Of a DNA stretch of 64,000 nucleotides, positions 20,284 to 28,843 are shown piece after piece. Each line of letters opens with the position of its first letter. Position 1 is the stretch's first letter. Source of the DNA: a virus. The DNA lies in IMG/VR virus record IMGVR_UViG_3300030104_002421, positions 64,001 through 128,000 of that record; one strand, given 5' to 3'. The notes under the pieces were generated by a model, which worked only from the letters and a program-made list of their open reading frames with translations, did not search any database and was not told the DNA's origin. The position numbers and the translations under genes were made by a program.

Positions 20284-20874
20284 ATGAAGTATTCCGCTCT
20301 GGCGGAGACGATTAAAGGCATCCATATTATACAGGAAGCAGATAGTCTCCCAACTATATACTGTGATATGGATGGCGTCTTGGTAGATTTTGCCAAAGGC
20401 ATTGATAAAATGTTTACGCTTAAATCTAAAGACCCAAGTATGCCGGGACCTATGCAAACGGCAGGTTATTCTGACGCCAAAGATTGGTTAAAAGCACCAA
20501 TGACGGCGGCAAAATGGCAACCTATACATGATTACCCTATGTTTTGGCCTACACTACCGTGGATGAAAGACGGTTTAAAATTGTGGTCCTACATAAGGAA
20601 ATTCAATCCACACATTCTATCTGCCTATACACCATTTGATAAGAATAGTATTAAAGGTAAACAATTGTGGATACAACGAAACTTAAAACTAACGGACTCT
20701 AGTAGAATCCATTTAGTTAGAAGAAGTGAGAAGCGAGTATATGCTAATGGTAATGTATTAATTGATGATTATGGTAAGAATACTAAAGAATGGAAAAATT
20801 ACAAAGGTATTCCTATCAAACATAAATCCGCTTCAAGTACAATTTCCTCGTTAAGAAAACTTGGATTTGTATAA
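20284..20874 (+). CDS. HAD-superfamily 5'(3')-nucleotidase (NT5C-like)
   Basis: YCDMDGVLVDF, ILSA, K, LIDD motifs. Confidence 0.88.
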   Translation: MKYSALAETIKGIHIIQEADSLPTIYCDMDGVLVDFAKGIDKMFTLKSKDPSMPGPMQTAGYSDAKDWLKAPMTAAKWQPIHDYPMFWPTLPWMKDGLKLWSYIRKFNPHILSAYTPFDKNSIKGKQLWIQRNLKLTDSSRIHLVRRSEKRVYANGNVLIDDYGKNTKEWKNYKGIPIKHKSASSTISSLRKLGFV

Positions 20875-20877
20875 ATA
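20870..20877 (+). promoter_or_regulatory. T4-type late promoter TATAAATA
   Basis: Exact match upstream of ORF 20926 with a strong RBS. Confidence 0.75.
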
Positions 20878-20925
20878 GTAGTTAATAACTAGTTATAAAC
20901 AAAACTTAATTAAGGAGAATTAAAA

Positions 20926-21678
20926 ATGGGACTATGGGGAAAATCTACTTCCGCAGATAGTAGACCAAAGTTTCTGAAAGGTGACGGCGCTGAAGGTGCA
21001 GGGGGCAAATTAGAAGACGCTCTAGCAACAACTAGAGGCTGGGAACTTAAAGCAGGAACAGCGGCAAGCGGAAACGACAACGCTAGTGCTCAGAGTGAAA
21101 TTTTAGTCGCAATAGGCGGACTATCTTCTACACTTGGCGCTGCTAACTTAATGTCTGTTGACTGGACTGATGGAACTTACGGACACGCAGGTTCAACTGA
21201 CTTTGATATCGTATTTACATATGACGAAGCAGTTACAGTAACATCAGCAACGGCAACGGCAAACAACACAATTTCAAACAAAGTATTTACATCAATGCAA
21301 ATATTAGGTCCAACTGATATGGCTTCAGACGCTGATATGAAAATGCAATACTACTCTGGTAGTGGTACAAACAGAATTGTATTTAGAGGTAGAATACCTG
21401 CAGCTGGTGTTGCAGGCGGTTATATCGCAATTGCAGACGCTACAGCGGCAATGGCAACAGACGGATCTTCAGCAATGGTTGATGGTAACGGAACAACCGT
21501 ACCTTCAGCAGACGCCGACCACGCAGGTGGTTCAGCGGCAGCAGGTGCTGATGGTGGAAGTTCAATTTGGGGAACCGCTATTAAGCGTACTGGTTCTTCA
21601 TCAATGACTTTAGAAACTAAAACTGGTTCATCAAGTGGAACATCTTCACTTGTTTTAACTGGTGTTGTTTTAGGTTAA
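20926..21678 (+). CDS. Putative virion structural protein
   Basis: MGLWG start, EILVAIGGL, YYSGSGTNRIVF Ig-like motif; Ala/Gly/Ser/Thr-rich; late promoter. Confidence 0.6.
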   Translation: MGLWGKSTSADSRPKFLKGDGAEGAGGKLEDALATTRGWELKAGTAASGNDNASAQSEILVAIGGLSSTLGAANLMSVDWTDGTYGHAGSTDFDIVFTYDEAVTVTSATATANNTISNKVFTSMQILGPTDMASDADMKMQYYSGSGTNRIVFRGRIPAAGVAGGYIAIADATAAMATDGSSAMVDGNGTTVPSADADHAGGSAAAGADGGSSIWGTAIKRTGSSSMTLETKTGSSSGTSSLVLTGVVLG

Positions 21679-21691
21679 TAAATAGAATTAA

Positions 21692-21773
21692 ATGGGGAGA
21701 AATAACTCCCCATATAATGATGAGAGTAAAGCGTATGCATACTCTCAGTAGCATTCCCCTAATACATACGGGG
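21692..21773 (+). promoter_or_regulatory. Structured intergenic RNA (three stems, possible pseudoknot)
   Basis: ATGGGGAG/CTCCCCAT, TGAGAGTA/TACTCTCA, CCCC/GGGG; loop CGTATG complementary to CATACG. Confidence 0.45.
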
Positions 21774-21795
21774 TTTATATAAGGAGAAAAAAAAC

Positions 21796-22467
21796 ATGGC
21801 TGATAAAAAAATCACAGCTTTAACTGACCTAGGTTCTGGTAACATAGCGTCAGCTGACTTACTACATGTTATTGATGATCCATCTGGAACACCAATTAAC
21901 AAAAAAATATCTATAGCGAGTTTGTTCGCTTCAATTCCAACTGCTGTTGCAATCAATCCAGGTGCTTCTGCTAATGTAACAATTAACAGTTCAGCAACGG
22001 ACTCTGACTTTATCGTTTCAAATGATGACGAAGAAGCATTTAGAGTAGATGGTGCAAATAGAGAGGTTGTTATTAACGAAGCTTCAGGACAAACAGACCT
22101 TAGAGCGGAAACTAACAGTTACTCAACTGCTTTACTTGTTGACGCTTCTGCTGATAATGTACAAATCAACGCTACACCAGTTTTTGGGTTAACTCAATTA
22201 CTAACAGGTGCAGGTGCGGTTGATGTTGTTTCTGCTATCACAGAGGTAGTATCAACAGGTGCTCAAGCAGGAACTTTTGCTGACGGAGTAGAAGGTCAAA
22301 TTAAGTTTATTGTTATGAAAACTGACGGTGGAGATTATACAATTACACCAACAAACTTTAATAGTGGTTCAACAATCACTCTTAATGACGCTGGTGACGC
22401 TGTATTATTACTATTCACAAATAGTGCATGGTACTTAATTTCTAACCAAGGTGCGACAATAGCATAA
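21796..22467 (+). CDS. Putative virion fibre/structural protein
   Basis: [12 protein letters not shown]...NKKISI fibre-attachment-type N-terminus; [16 protein letters not shown]-terminal domain. Confidence 0.6.
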   Translation: MADKKITALTDLGSGNIASADLLHVIDDPSGTPINKKISIASLFASIPTAVAINPGASANVTINSSATDSDFIVSNDDEEAFRVDGANREVVINEASGQTDLRAETNSYSTALLVDASADNVQINATPVFGLTQLLTGAGAVDVVSAITEVVSTGAQAGTFADGVEGQIKFIVMKTDGGDYTITPTNFNSGSTITLNDAGDAVLLLFTNSAWYLISNQGATIA

Positions 22468-22480
22468 TAATTAATTAGTG

Positions 22481-22504
22481 AGGGCGCTACGGCGCCCTTT
22501 CTTA
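22481..22504 (+). terminator. Rho-independent terminator
   Basis: AGGGCGC-TACG-GCGCCCT then TTCTT; cUNCGg tetraloop. Confidence 0.75.
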
Positions 22505-22517
22505 CCATGGAGTAAAT

Positions 22518-22733
22518 ATGAATAAAGAAACACTTGAAGCGAAAAAGACACAGTTACTAGAAAATAAATCAATAGTAATGAACCAGATAAATGACGGTAC
22601 AAGACTATTAGAAAAGGCGAAAGCAGATTTGAATGCCCTTTTAGGTGCCATTCAGGTCGTTGACCAACTTTTGGAAGAAACTGGAGACATAGATAGGTCA
22701 AAGGAGGCGAATAAAGATGGTACAAAGAATTAG
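22518..22733 (+). CDS. Small coiled-coil protein
   Basis: Heptad pattern, LNALLGAIQ; RBS GGAG. Confidence 0.6.
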   Translation: MNKETLEAKKTQLLENKSIVMNQINDGTRLLEKAKADLNALLGAIQVVDQLLEETGDIDRSKEANKDGTKN

Positions 22734-22938
22734 ATACGGTGCAGGGGGCGTTCCTTACTATGAACAAACAACTGACATTGAAAAAGAAAAGGCTGAATTA
22801 GAGGCAAGTTTAAAACAATCTAAAGCGGCAAAAAAAGAACGCCAAGATAAGGCGAAAAAGAAAAAGAAAAAAGTAATACAGGAAATCATGGGAGATGACC
22901 TGAACGAAGAAAAGGAGTTATTAGATGAAATCATTTAA
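22717..22938 (+). CDS. Hypothetical protein
   Basis: RBS GGAGG; translationally coupled. Confidence 0.55.
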   Translation: MVQRIRYGAGGVPYYEQTTDIEKEKAELEASLKQSKAAKKERQDKAKKKKKKVIQEIMGDDLNEEKELLDEII

Positions 22939-23356
22939 AGAGTTTGACAACAAACAGATAGATGAAGTATTAGCTAAAACTACTCCGGTCAATGCACCTG
23001 CTGATAGTGATATGGCATTAAACGATATTACAAATGATGAAATCGTTAGTCGTATAAATCACTTTGTTGGTTCAATTGCAAGTATGGAACATATTAATCC
23101 AATGGCTGCAGTTAATCATTTAAGAAGTAAGTTACATGGACTAGGTGTAGAGTTTGCTGGGGAAGTTTCTATGCCAGAAACAGTAAAAAACGGAACAGTT
23201 AGTATACCATTAAGTAAATTTGGTGGTGTGTATGGAAAAACAGGTGAAGAACCTGCAGGTGAGGTAAAAAATGATGATGGTGTGGTAAGAAATTTATCTC
23301 TTACATACGAAACATTAAAAAACGGAGCATGCAAGGTTTACGCTAAATTAGTTTAG
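22925..23356 (+). CDS. Hypothetical protein with capsid-targeting-like leader
   Basis: MKSFKEF...IDE resembles the T4 internal-protein leader MKTYQEF..E. Confidence 0.6.
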   Translation: MKSFKEFDNKQIDEVLAKTTPVNAPADSDMALNDITNDEIVSRINHFVGSIASMEHINPMAAVNHLRSKLHGLGVEFAGEVSMPETVKNGTVSIPLSKFGGVYGKTGEEPAGEVKNDDGVVRNLSLTYETLKNGACKVYAKLV

Positions 23357-23364
23357 GACCTAGA

Positions 23365-23730
23365 ATGAGATTTGATAAGCTAACGAAGGACAATGTCCTT
23401 ATGTTCGCAATACAAAATTACGACAATCCTCAGGCAGAGGGTGAAAAAGAGTTTTATGATGACATGAAACGCTTTAAGTATCTTAAACGATTGTTTAAGA
23501 AGTTCAGTAAGACTGGCATACTTAAAGAACGATTGATTATGAACCACATAATTGTATTAGCAAATGTGTTTGGTCCAGAAGCAGTCAAAGTTTTATTATT
23601 CTTTAAGATTGACCAAATGTTTTGGCCACAATTGAAAACTTTTTTAATATTTTTGAATTATATGACTATGGACGAATTGACACAAATCTCTTTAGATGAT
23701 AAACTATTAGAAACCTTAAAGGGGATATAA
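23365..23730 (+). CDS. Conserved T4-like phage hypothetical protein
   Basis: YDNP, EFYDDMKRFKYLKRL, RLIMNHII..NVFG. Confidence 0.7.
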   Translation: MRFDKLTKDNVLMFAIQNYDNPQAEGEKEFYDDMKRFKYLKRLFKKFSKTGILKERLIMNHIIVLANVFGPEAVKVLLFFKIDQMFWPQLKTFLIFLNYMTMDELTQISLDDKLLETLKGI

Positions 23731-24336
23731 ATGGCAAGCAGAGCAATAGACGCTTTTATTACTTTTCGTTTTTTAAAATTGTTAGTAACGCCATTTAATA
23801 AGACTGAGGCATTTAAGTTAGGTATTATTAATGATAGAGGTAAAGTTTTAAGAAGATATAAGACACTTGAGCGAATAGAAGAAAGGCAAGCATATACTAT
23901 TTTACACAGGCTCGTTTTCAATATAAAGAAATTAATTGAAAAGATTCCTGGTGGTAAGTCCAGATTGGCGAGTTATGCTGCCGCTCTATTTCTTATTAAA
24001 GAACATGTTGACCAAATGCATGATAGTGATGGAGAATTACTTGAAAAAGAGTTTTATAAATATTTAAAAGATAATGATTTAATTGAAGAAGATGATGGTA
24101 TCATAAGAGAAGATATCTCATTTGCAGATAAATTATTAAAAGGTTCTTACAGATTAGTAAATGATGTAGGGACAGATGAGGATGATAAAGTGATTGGAAA
24201 AAGAGGCGACATAGTATCAGTATATGCTGATAGTCATGCCAAAGATAATGTTATGGGACAGGATGTATTTGAAGTTATACACGATAAAACAAAAGATGTT
24301 TTATTAGTAACAGTAGAGGATATAGAAGAAGCATGA
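23731..24336 (+). CDS. Conserved T4-like phage hypothetical protein
   Basis: FRFLKLLVTPF..AFKLGII, HRLVFNIKKL, SYAAALFLIKE. Confidence 0.7.
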   Translation: MASRAIDAFITFRFLKLLVTPFNKTEAFKLGIINDRGKVLRRYKTLERIEERQAYTILHRLVFNIKKLIEKIPGGKSRLASYAAALFLIKEHVDQMHDSDGELLEKEFYKYLKDNDLIEEDDGIIREDISFADKLLKGSYRLVNDVGTDEDDKVIGKRGDIVSVYADSHAKDNVMGQDVFEVIHDKTKDVLLVTVEDIEEA

Positions 24337-25409
24337 CCAGGAGTTTTTCAGATTTTTCAGCAGGTTTACTTGCATTGAAAGAGAGTTTAGAAAAGAAAGA
24401 AGACATAGCAAATGTCGCTGGTGATGGTGCGGTTTCTATGCCACCCACAGCAAGAAAACCTATCAAAAGAAAGAAGATGACATTTAATGTCTCTCCAGAA
24501 GTTTTTGCCGCTTTTAAAAAAGGTAAATCAAAGTTTGAAAAATGGTCAAAATATTTAGACCTAACTGACGAAAGTCAAGCAGCGATATATTCCTGGGCAA
24601 TCAAAAATCATACAGGTGTTATTATACTACAAAATTCTGTAACAGGAGAAATAAGAGCGATTAGACATAATAGAATGGGTGGTGGACAATGGCACAAATT
24701 ATCCAGAGGTTTAAAAACAGAAGCAAGTGAATTACCAAAAGAAGTTTTAGATGACGCTGAAGATATAGTAAAAGATTTAAAATCTAAAAAAGCAGACTTT
24801 GTAAAAAGATATGGCAAAGACGCTAAGAAAGTTATGTATGCTACAGCAATGAAACAAGCAAAAGCAAAACATGGCATAGAGGGTAAAGAATTTGGTTCTA
24901 TTATCAAACAAATTAAAGATAGTATAGATAACATTGGTGTTAAAAAAGAAAGTATTAATACACAAGCAGAAAAACAATTGTATGAAACACCAGCAAAACC
25001 ACACGAAAACAATATAACAGTTTTACGAAATATAGTAAAAGAAAATGTTACAAAGAAAGTAATTTTTGAAAAAGCAGGAACTATGAGGGTTGATCCTGAA
25101 ACTGCTAAAACATTATTATCCGTATATGATGAATTAGATGAAGCATTAAAGAGTAAGTTTCAAAAGATGTTAAACTTTAATCAAATGGGTCTTAAATCAT
25201 TAAGAAACATGGCATACGAAATCGCAACATACGGTGAACCTCAAGGTCTAGCAAGACCTATTGCGAGTATAGGTAATATGAAATCACCAAGAAGTCGTCC
25301 AGCATACGCTTTAAATGCAAAAAAGAAGAAAGAAATTAAATCTACGGCAAAAGGTCCTGGTCTAGGTACATCTATGCCTATGATGAATATAACAGCGAGG
25401 AAGAAATAA
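24333..25409 (+). CDS. Modular hypothetical protein, putative head-packaged
   Basis: MTRSFSDF leader; KRYGKDAKKVMYATA module; Glu junctions. Confidence 0.5.
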   Translation: MTRSFSDFSAGLLALKESLEKKEDIANVAGDGAVSMPPTARKPIKRKKMTFNVSPEVFAAFKKGKSKFEKWSKYLDLTDESQAAIYSWAIKNHTGVIILQNSVTGEIRAIRHNRMGGGQWHKLSRGLKTEASELPKEVLDDAEDIVKDLKSKKADFVKRYGKDAKKVMYATAMKQAKAKHGIEGKEFGSIIKQIKDSIDNIGVKKESINTQAEKQLYETPAKPHENNITVLRNIVKENVTKKVIFEKAGTMRVDPETAKTLLSVYDELDEALKSKFQKMLNFNQMGLKSLRNMAYEIATYGEPQGLARPIASIGNMKSPRSRPAYALNAKKKKEIKSTAKGPGLGTSMPMMNITARKK

Positions 25410-26158
25410 TGTTAGGACTACAACCAGAATTTTCGTGGAAGAACTCCACAATACTTGCCAAAGCGTCAGCAACGGCATACAATAATTTAAGTGCTTTTCA
25501 AAAGCAATTTGATCCAGAAGCAGTAATGTTTGATAAAGACGGTACACAGGTGTTTTGTTGGAAAGATGATAAACATGCTTGTGTTGCATTTAGAGGTACA
25601 GAACCAAATCAATGGTCTGATATTAAAGCAGACTTAAAAATAAGACGAGTAAAATGTCCTACAGGATTTGTACATAGAGGATTTAGAGACGCTTTAGACG
25701 AAGTATGGACAGATGTAGTGGCATGGATATCTAAACAAAAATGTCAACATGTATTCTTTACTGGTCATAGTTTAGGTGGTGCATTAGCAACACTAGCTGC
25801 AAGTAGATGGAACACAGTAACAACACATCTATACACATATGGATCACCAAGAGTAGGTGGTAAGAAGTTTATACAATCATTTCTTACAAGAAACAGATAT
25901 AGATTTAGAAACAATAACGATATAGTAACAAGAGTACCATTTGAGATATTTGGATATAAACATGTATCAGGTGAAGGTGGTAACTTTATCTATTTTGATA
26001 TTGATGGTAATGTTGCAACAAAATTTAGTAGATGGTATATGTTTAAACAATGGTGGAAAGGTACATTTAGAGGTGTATCACATTTAAAAGTAGATGGTTT
26101 TAGCGACCATTCTATGACTAACTACTACGAATATTGTAAAAGAGAAATGGATAAGTAA
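25409..26158 (+). CDS. Class 3 lipase
   Basis: AFRGT, VHRGF, GHSLGG nucleophile elbow, YGSPRVG, DIV, DH. Confidence 0.92.
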   Translation: MLGLQPEFSWKNSTILAKASATAYNNLSAFQKQFDPEAVMFDKDGTQVFCWKDDKHACVAFRGTEPNQWSDIKADLKIRRVKCPTGFVHRGFRDALDEVWTDVVAWISKQKCQHVFFTGHSLGGALATLAASRWNTVTTHLYTYGSPRVGGKKFIQSFLTRNRYRFRNNNDIVTRVPFEIFGYKHVSGEGGNFIYFDIDGNVATKFSRWYMFKQWWKGTFRGVSHLKVDGFSDHSMTNYYEYCKREMDK

Positions 26159-26445
26159 TGTGGGATATGATTGAAAGAATGGCAAGTGATAGATTGTGGA
26201 TTTATACTGCTATTTTTGGGTCATTGTTTGGCGCTGCTTTTTTATTTTGGTTTAAAGATACAAGAATGGCAACATGGGGTGTGGCAAAGTTTGACCGCAC
26301 ATTAGAATTTTTAGTAAAGCGTTGGGGTTGGACTTGGTTACAAAATGACCCAGAGGCATGGCGTAAGAAATATCCTAAAATTACATCAAAGATAGACGAT
26401 TTAGAGGAGAGGATCAAAGATTTAGAAAAATTTGATAATCAATAA
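26158..26445 (+). CDS. Small membrane protein
   Basis: One N-terminal TM segment and a C-terminal coiled coil. Confidence 0.6.
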   Translation: MWDMIERMASDRLWIYTAIFGSLFGAAFLFWFKDTRMATWGVAKFDRTLEFLVKRWGWTWLQNDPEAWRKKYPKITSKIDDLEERIKDLEKFDNQ

Positions 26446-26461
26446 AGAAAGTGATTAAGAT

Positions 26462-26926
26462 ATGAAAATAAGCGATAATACATCCGTGGCAATGCCAATG
26501 AGGAATTTAATTTCCATTGTTGTAGCTGTAGGATTAGGTGTATGGGCCTACTTTGGGATAGTTGAAAGATTAAACCAAGCAGAAACAAATATCATTTTAA
26601 TTAAAGAAGATATTACTAACGAAACTAATAGACTTGATGGTACAATTTTAAGTTTAAAAGAAGGTGATATTGATGAAAACACAGAATTTAGGATTAAATG
26701 GCCGAGAGGAGAAATGGGTACTCTTCCAGCTGATAGTGAACAATATATGCTGATAGAATTTCTATCAGGACAAGTGGAAACTATGCAGGCACAAATGGAA
26801 GGTATGATGAATAATTCCGTGAACATTAAGAGGTTGCAAACTGATATTGAAAAGATGTTATCAGATATAGAAGAACTAAAGGATAGAGTTAGACAAAATG
26901 GTTCTAATATGACAATTGGGGAGTAA
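26462..26926 (+). CDS. Membrane-anchored coiled-coil protein
   Basis: TM LISIVVAVGLGVWAYF followed by a coiled coil. Confidence 0.6.
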   Translation: MKISDNTSVAMPMRNLISIVVAVGLGVWAYFGIVERLNQAETNIILIKEDITNETNRLDGTILSLKEGDIDENTEFRIKWPRGEMGTLPADSEQYMLIEFLSGQVETMQAQMEGMMNNSVNIKRLQTDIEKMLSDIEELKDRVRQNGSNMTIGE

Positions 26927-26928
26927 AT

Positions 26929-27171
26929 ATGGAAAATGTATTAGTATGGGCTTTGCTAATGTTTTATAGTGAAGGCAGCAATATAAATGATTTTAACACA
27001 GCTGATGAATTTACATTAACAGACGGATTAACTAAATGTTTATCAATGAAAAGAGAAGCAACAAGAAATTCAGATAATGTACAATGGAGATGTATGCAAG
27101 CGAAAGTAGATTTAGAAGTTGACGCTACTGGAACTTTACATATATTGAGGTTAAAAGAAGAAGTAAAATAA
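26929..27171 (+). CDS. Small secreted-type hypothetical protein
   Basis: Hydrophobic N-terminus and a Cys pair. Confidence 0.5.
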   Translation: MENVLVWALLMFYSEGSNINDFNTADEFTLTDGLTKCLSMKREATRNSDNVQWRCMQAKVDLEVDATGTLHILRLKEEVK

Positions 27172-27174
27172 ATA

Positions 27175-27627
27175 ATGTTTAGTAGTTTAAAAATAGGTTT
27201 GGTTTTGTTAATGATGGCAGGTGCCGGTGGAGGTTTTCTATATGTCAAAAAATTACAAAAAGATAACGAAATACTTAAAGTTAATCAAGCAAAACTTGAA
27301 ACGGCAGTTGAGGAAAGTTCAGCTGTCATTGAACAACAAACGAAAGACTTGGGGCAAATACGAGAAACATTAAAAGAAGTTGAAGCTCAAAAGGCAAAAC
27401 TACAAAAAGATAAAGACGCTTTAAGTAACAGACTAGGTAAGCATGATATTGGTAATCTTGCAGAAAACAAACCTGGTCTAGTAGAAAAAATAATTAACAA
27501 AGCAAGTGATAGTGCTACCAGATGTTTAGAAATTGCAAGTGGTAGTCCTTTGACGGAAGAGGAGATAAATGGAACGCCTAATAGGGAATGTCCTGGTTTT
27601 TGGCCTGACGATACTGTTTCTGAATAG
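27175..27627 (+). CDS. Putative inner-membrane spanin (Rz-like)
   Basis: N-terminal TM, long coiled coil, C-terminal Cys residues; overlaps a lipoprotein gene. Confidence 0.65.
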   Translation: MFSSLKIGLVLLMMAGAGGGFLYVKKLQKDNEILKVNQAKLETAVEESSAVIEQQTKDLGQIRETLKEVEAQKAKLQKDKDALSNRLGKHDIGNLAENKPGLVEKIINKASDSATRCLEIASGSPLTEEEINGTPNRECPGFWPDDTVSE

Positions 27628-27934
27628 TTGCGCTGGGTTAGCGGTAAAGGAGATATCTAATTATAAGATTGAAAAAAAGCGGGAACCGTTAGCGTTAGAT
27701 GCTCCTACCCCTTTAGACTTACAGGATGTAGATTGGATTATAATAACTAAAGATAATGCTAACGAAGTTTTTGAAAAGATTAAAAATGATAAGAATGGTG
27801 ATTATGCTTTGTTTGCAGTTACAGATAAAGGTTATGAAAAACTTGCTCTGAACATGGCAGATATCAGAAACAAGTTGGCGGAACAAAGACAAATAATTCT
27901 GTCATATAAGGAATACTACGAGGGTGGCGAATAA
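27569..27934 (+). CDS. Putative outer-membrane spanin lipoprotein (Rz1-like)
   Basis: Lipobox LFLNS-C, Pro-rich segment, YE.LALN; 59-nt overlap with the i-spanin. Confidence 0.65.
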   Translation: MERLIGNVLVFGLTILFLNSCAGLAVKEISNYKIEKKREPLALDAPTPLDLQDVDWIIITKDNANEVFEKIKNDKNGDYALFAVTDKGYEKLALNMADIRNKLAEQRQIILSYKEYYEGGE

Positions 27935-28388
27935 CATAGATGATTTGGTTAAAGATATTGCAACGCTAAAGGCTGATGTCAAACAATCAAGTCAAATACA
28001 TTCAAGGTTAGATGACGCTATAGTTAGATTAACTGATATTTCTTCAAGTATCAAATCTATGTTAGCAGTACATGATGAGAAGATAAGACGAGTTGATTCC
28101 TCACAGGAAGATATTCTATCTCTACTAGAAGATAGAAGACGAGAATGGGAAGTTGACTTAAAAGAATTACATAGTAGAATATCGACACAAGGACGAGAAT
28201 TACGAGAGGCAATCCAAGATACTACTTTACGAGGTGAAAGACAACACCGTGAACACGCTGAAGCTATTGAGAAAGTTGAAGACGCTTTATCTAATAGAGT
28301 TGGCGTGTTAGAAAAATGGCGATGGTTAATTATTGGTGGTGCAATACTACTAGGTTTTATTATACAAAACATGGATATGTTTGGATGA
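27924..28388 (+). CDS. Coiled-coil protein with C-terminal TM segment
   Basis: LAVHDEKI, LEKWRWLIIGGAILLGF. Confidence 0.6.
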   Translation: MANNIDDLVKDIATLKADVKQSSQIHSRLDDAIVRLTDISSSIKSMLAVHDEKIRRVDSSQEDILSLLEDRRREWEVDLKELHSRISTQGRELREAIQDTTLRGERQHREHAEAIEKVEDALSNRVGVLEKWRWLIIGGAILLGFIIQNMDMFG

Positions 28389-28483
28389 GATTATTTGATT
28401 GGTTTATAATTATGATATTAGGTGGTTATCTAGGTTACATTTTTTTACTTGCATTAATCAACACATTTTGCGACTGTATTTAG
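28385..28483 (+). CDS. 32-aa hydrophobic peptide (not in ORF track)
   Basis: ATGA overlap with upstream stop; MRLFDWFIIMILGGYLGYIFLLALINTFCDCI. Confidence 0.4.
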   Translation: MRLFDWFIIMILGGYLGYIFLLALINTFCDCI

Positions 28484-28484
28484 A

Positions 28485-28524
28485 GTAGCACATTACTGGC
28501 ACATTATTGGCACAGTCCTGCCAT
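28485..28524 (+). repeat. 11-bp-period direct repeats, possible OmpR/PhoB-family operator
   Basis: GTAGCAC-atta-CTGGCAC-atta-TTGGCAC-agtc-CTGCCAT. Confidence 0.5.
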
Positions 28525-28621
28525 GTTCAAAATGCATAGAGACTATTCAAATATAATGCATTACAAACATGTTAAAATATGTTATAATATGATAAATATT
28601 TTTGAACATGAAAGGAAAAAA

Positions 28622-28795
28622 GTGGCAACATTTATACAAAACATCTTGGAAGCATTTAGGGTTCCATCTATCGCTTATGGCAATAATTATGATAATGTGG
28701 ATCCAAATTTGGTCCGTTATTTTAGGACTGAATATGGAAGGGACTGGCAGAGCGAACTTAATCATCACCTCTATAAAATCAACAAAAATAAGTAA
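28622..28795 (+). CDS. Small hypothetical protein
   Basis: GTG start after AAGGA; extended -10 TGtTATAAT at 28580-28588; LVRYFRTEYGRDW. Confidence 0.5.
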   Translation: MATFIQNILEAFRVPSIAYGNNYDNVDPNLVRYFRTEYGRDWQSELNHHLYKINKNK

Positions 28796-28804
28796 AGACT
28801 AGGC

Positions 28805-28833
28805 TTGACTTTTTAGCGGTTTTGTGATATAAT
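28805..28833 (+). promoter_or_regulatory. Sigma70-type promoter
   Basis: TTGACT-N17-TATAAT with TG extension. Confidence 0.75.
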
Positions 28834-28843
28834 ACATAGTATT

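Noticed and set aside
28497-28511. Sigma54-like TGGCAC-N5-TGGC
   Set aside because: The -12 element deviates from TTGC and the match arises from the 11-bp repeat itself.
28485-28524. Possible CRISPR array
   Set aside because: Units are 11 bp with no spacers; no CRISPR-like array or cas operon was seen anywhere, and 52725 is an ordinary phage exonuclease.
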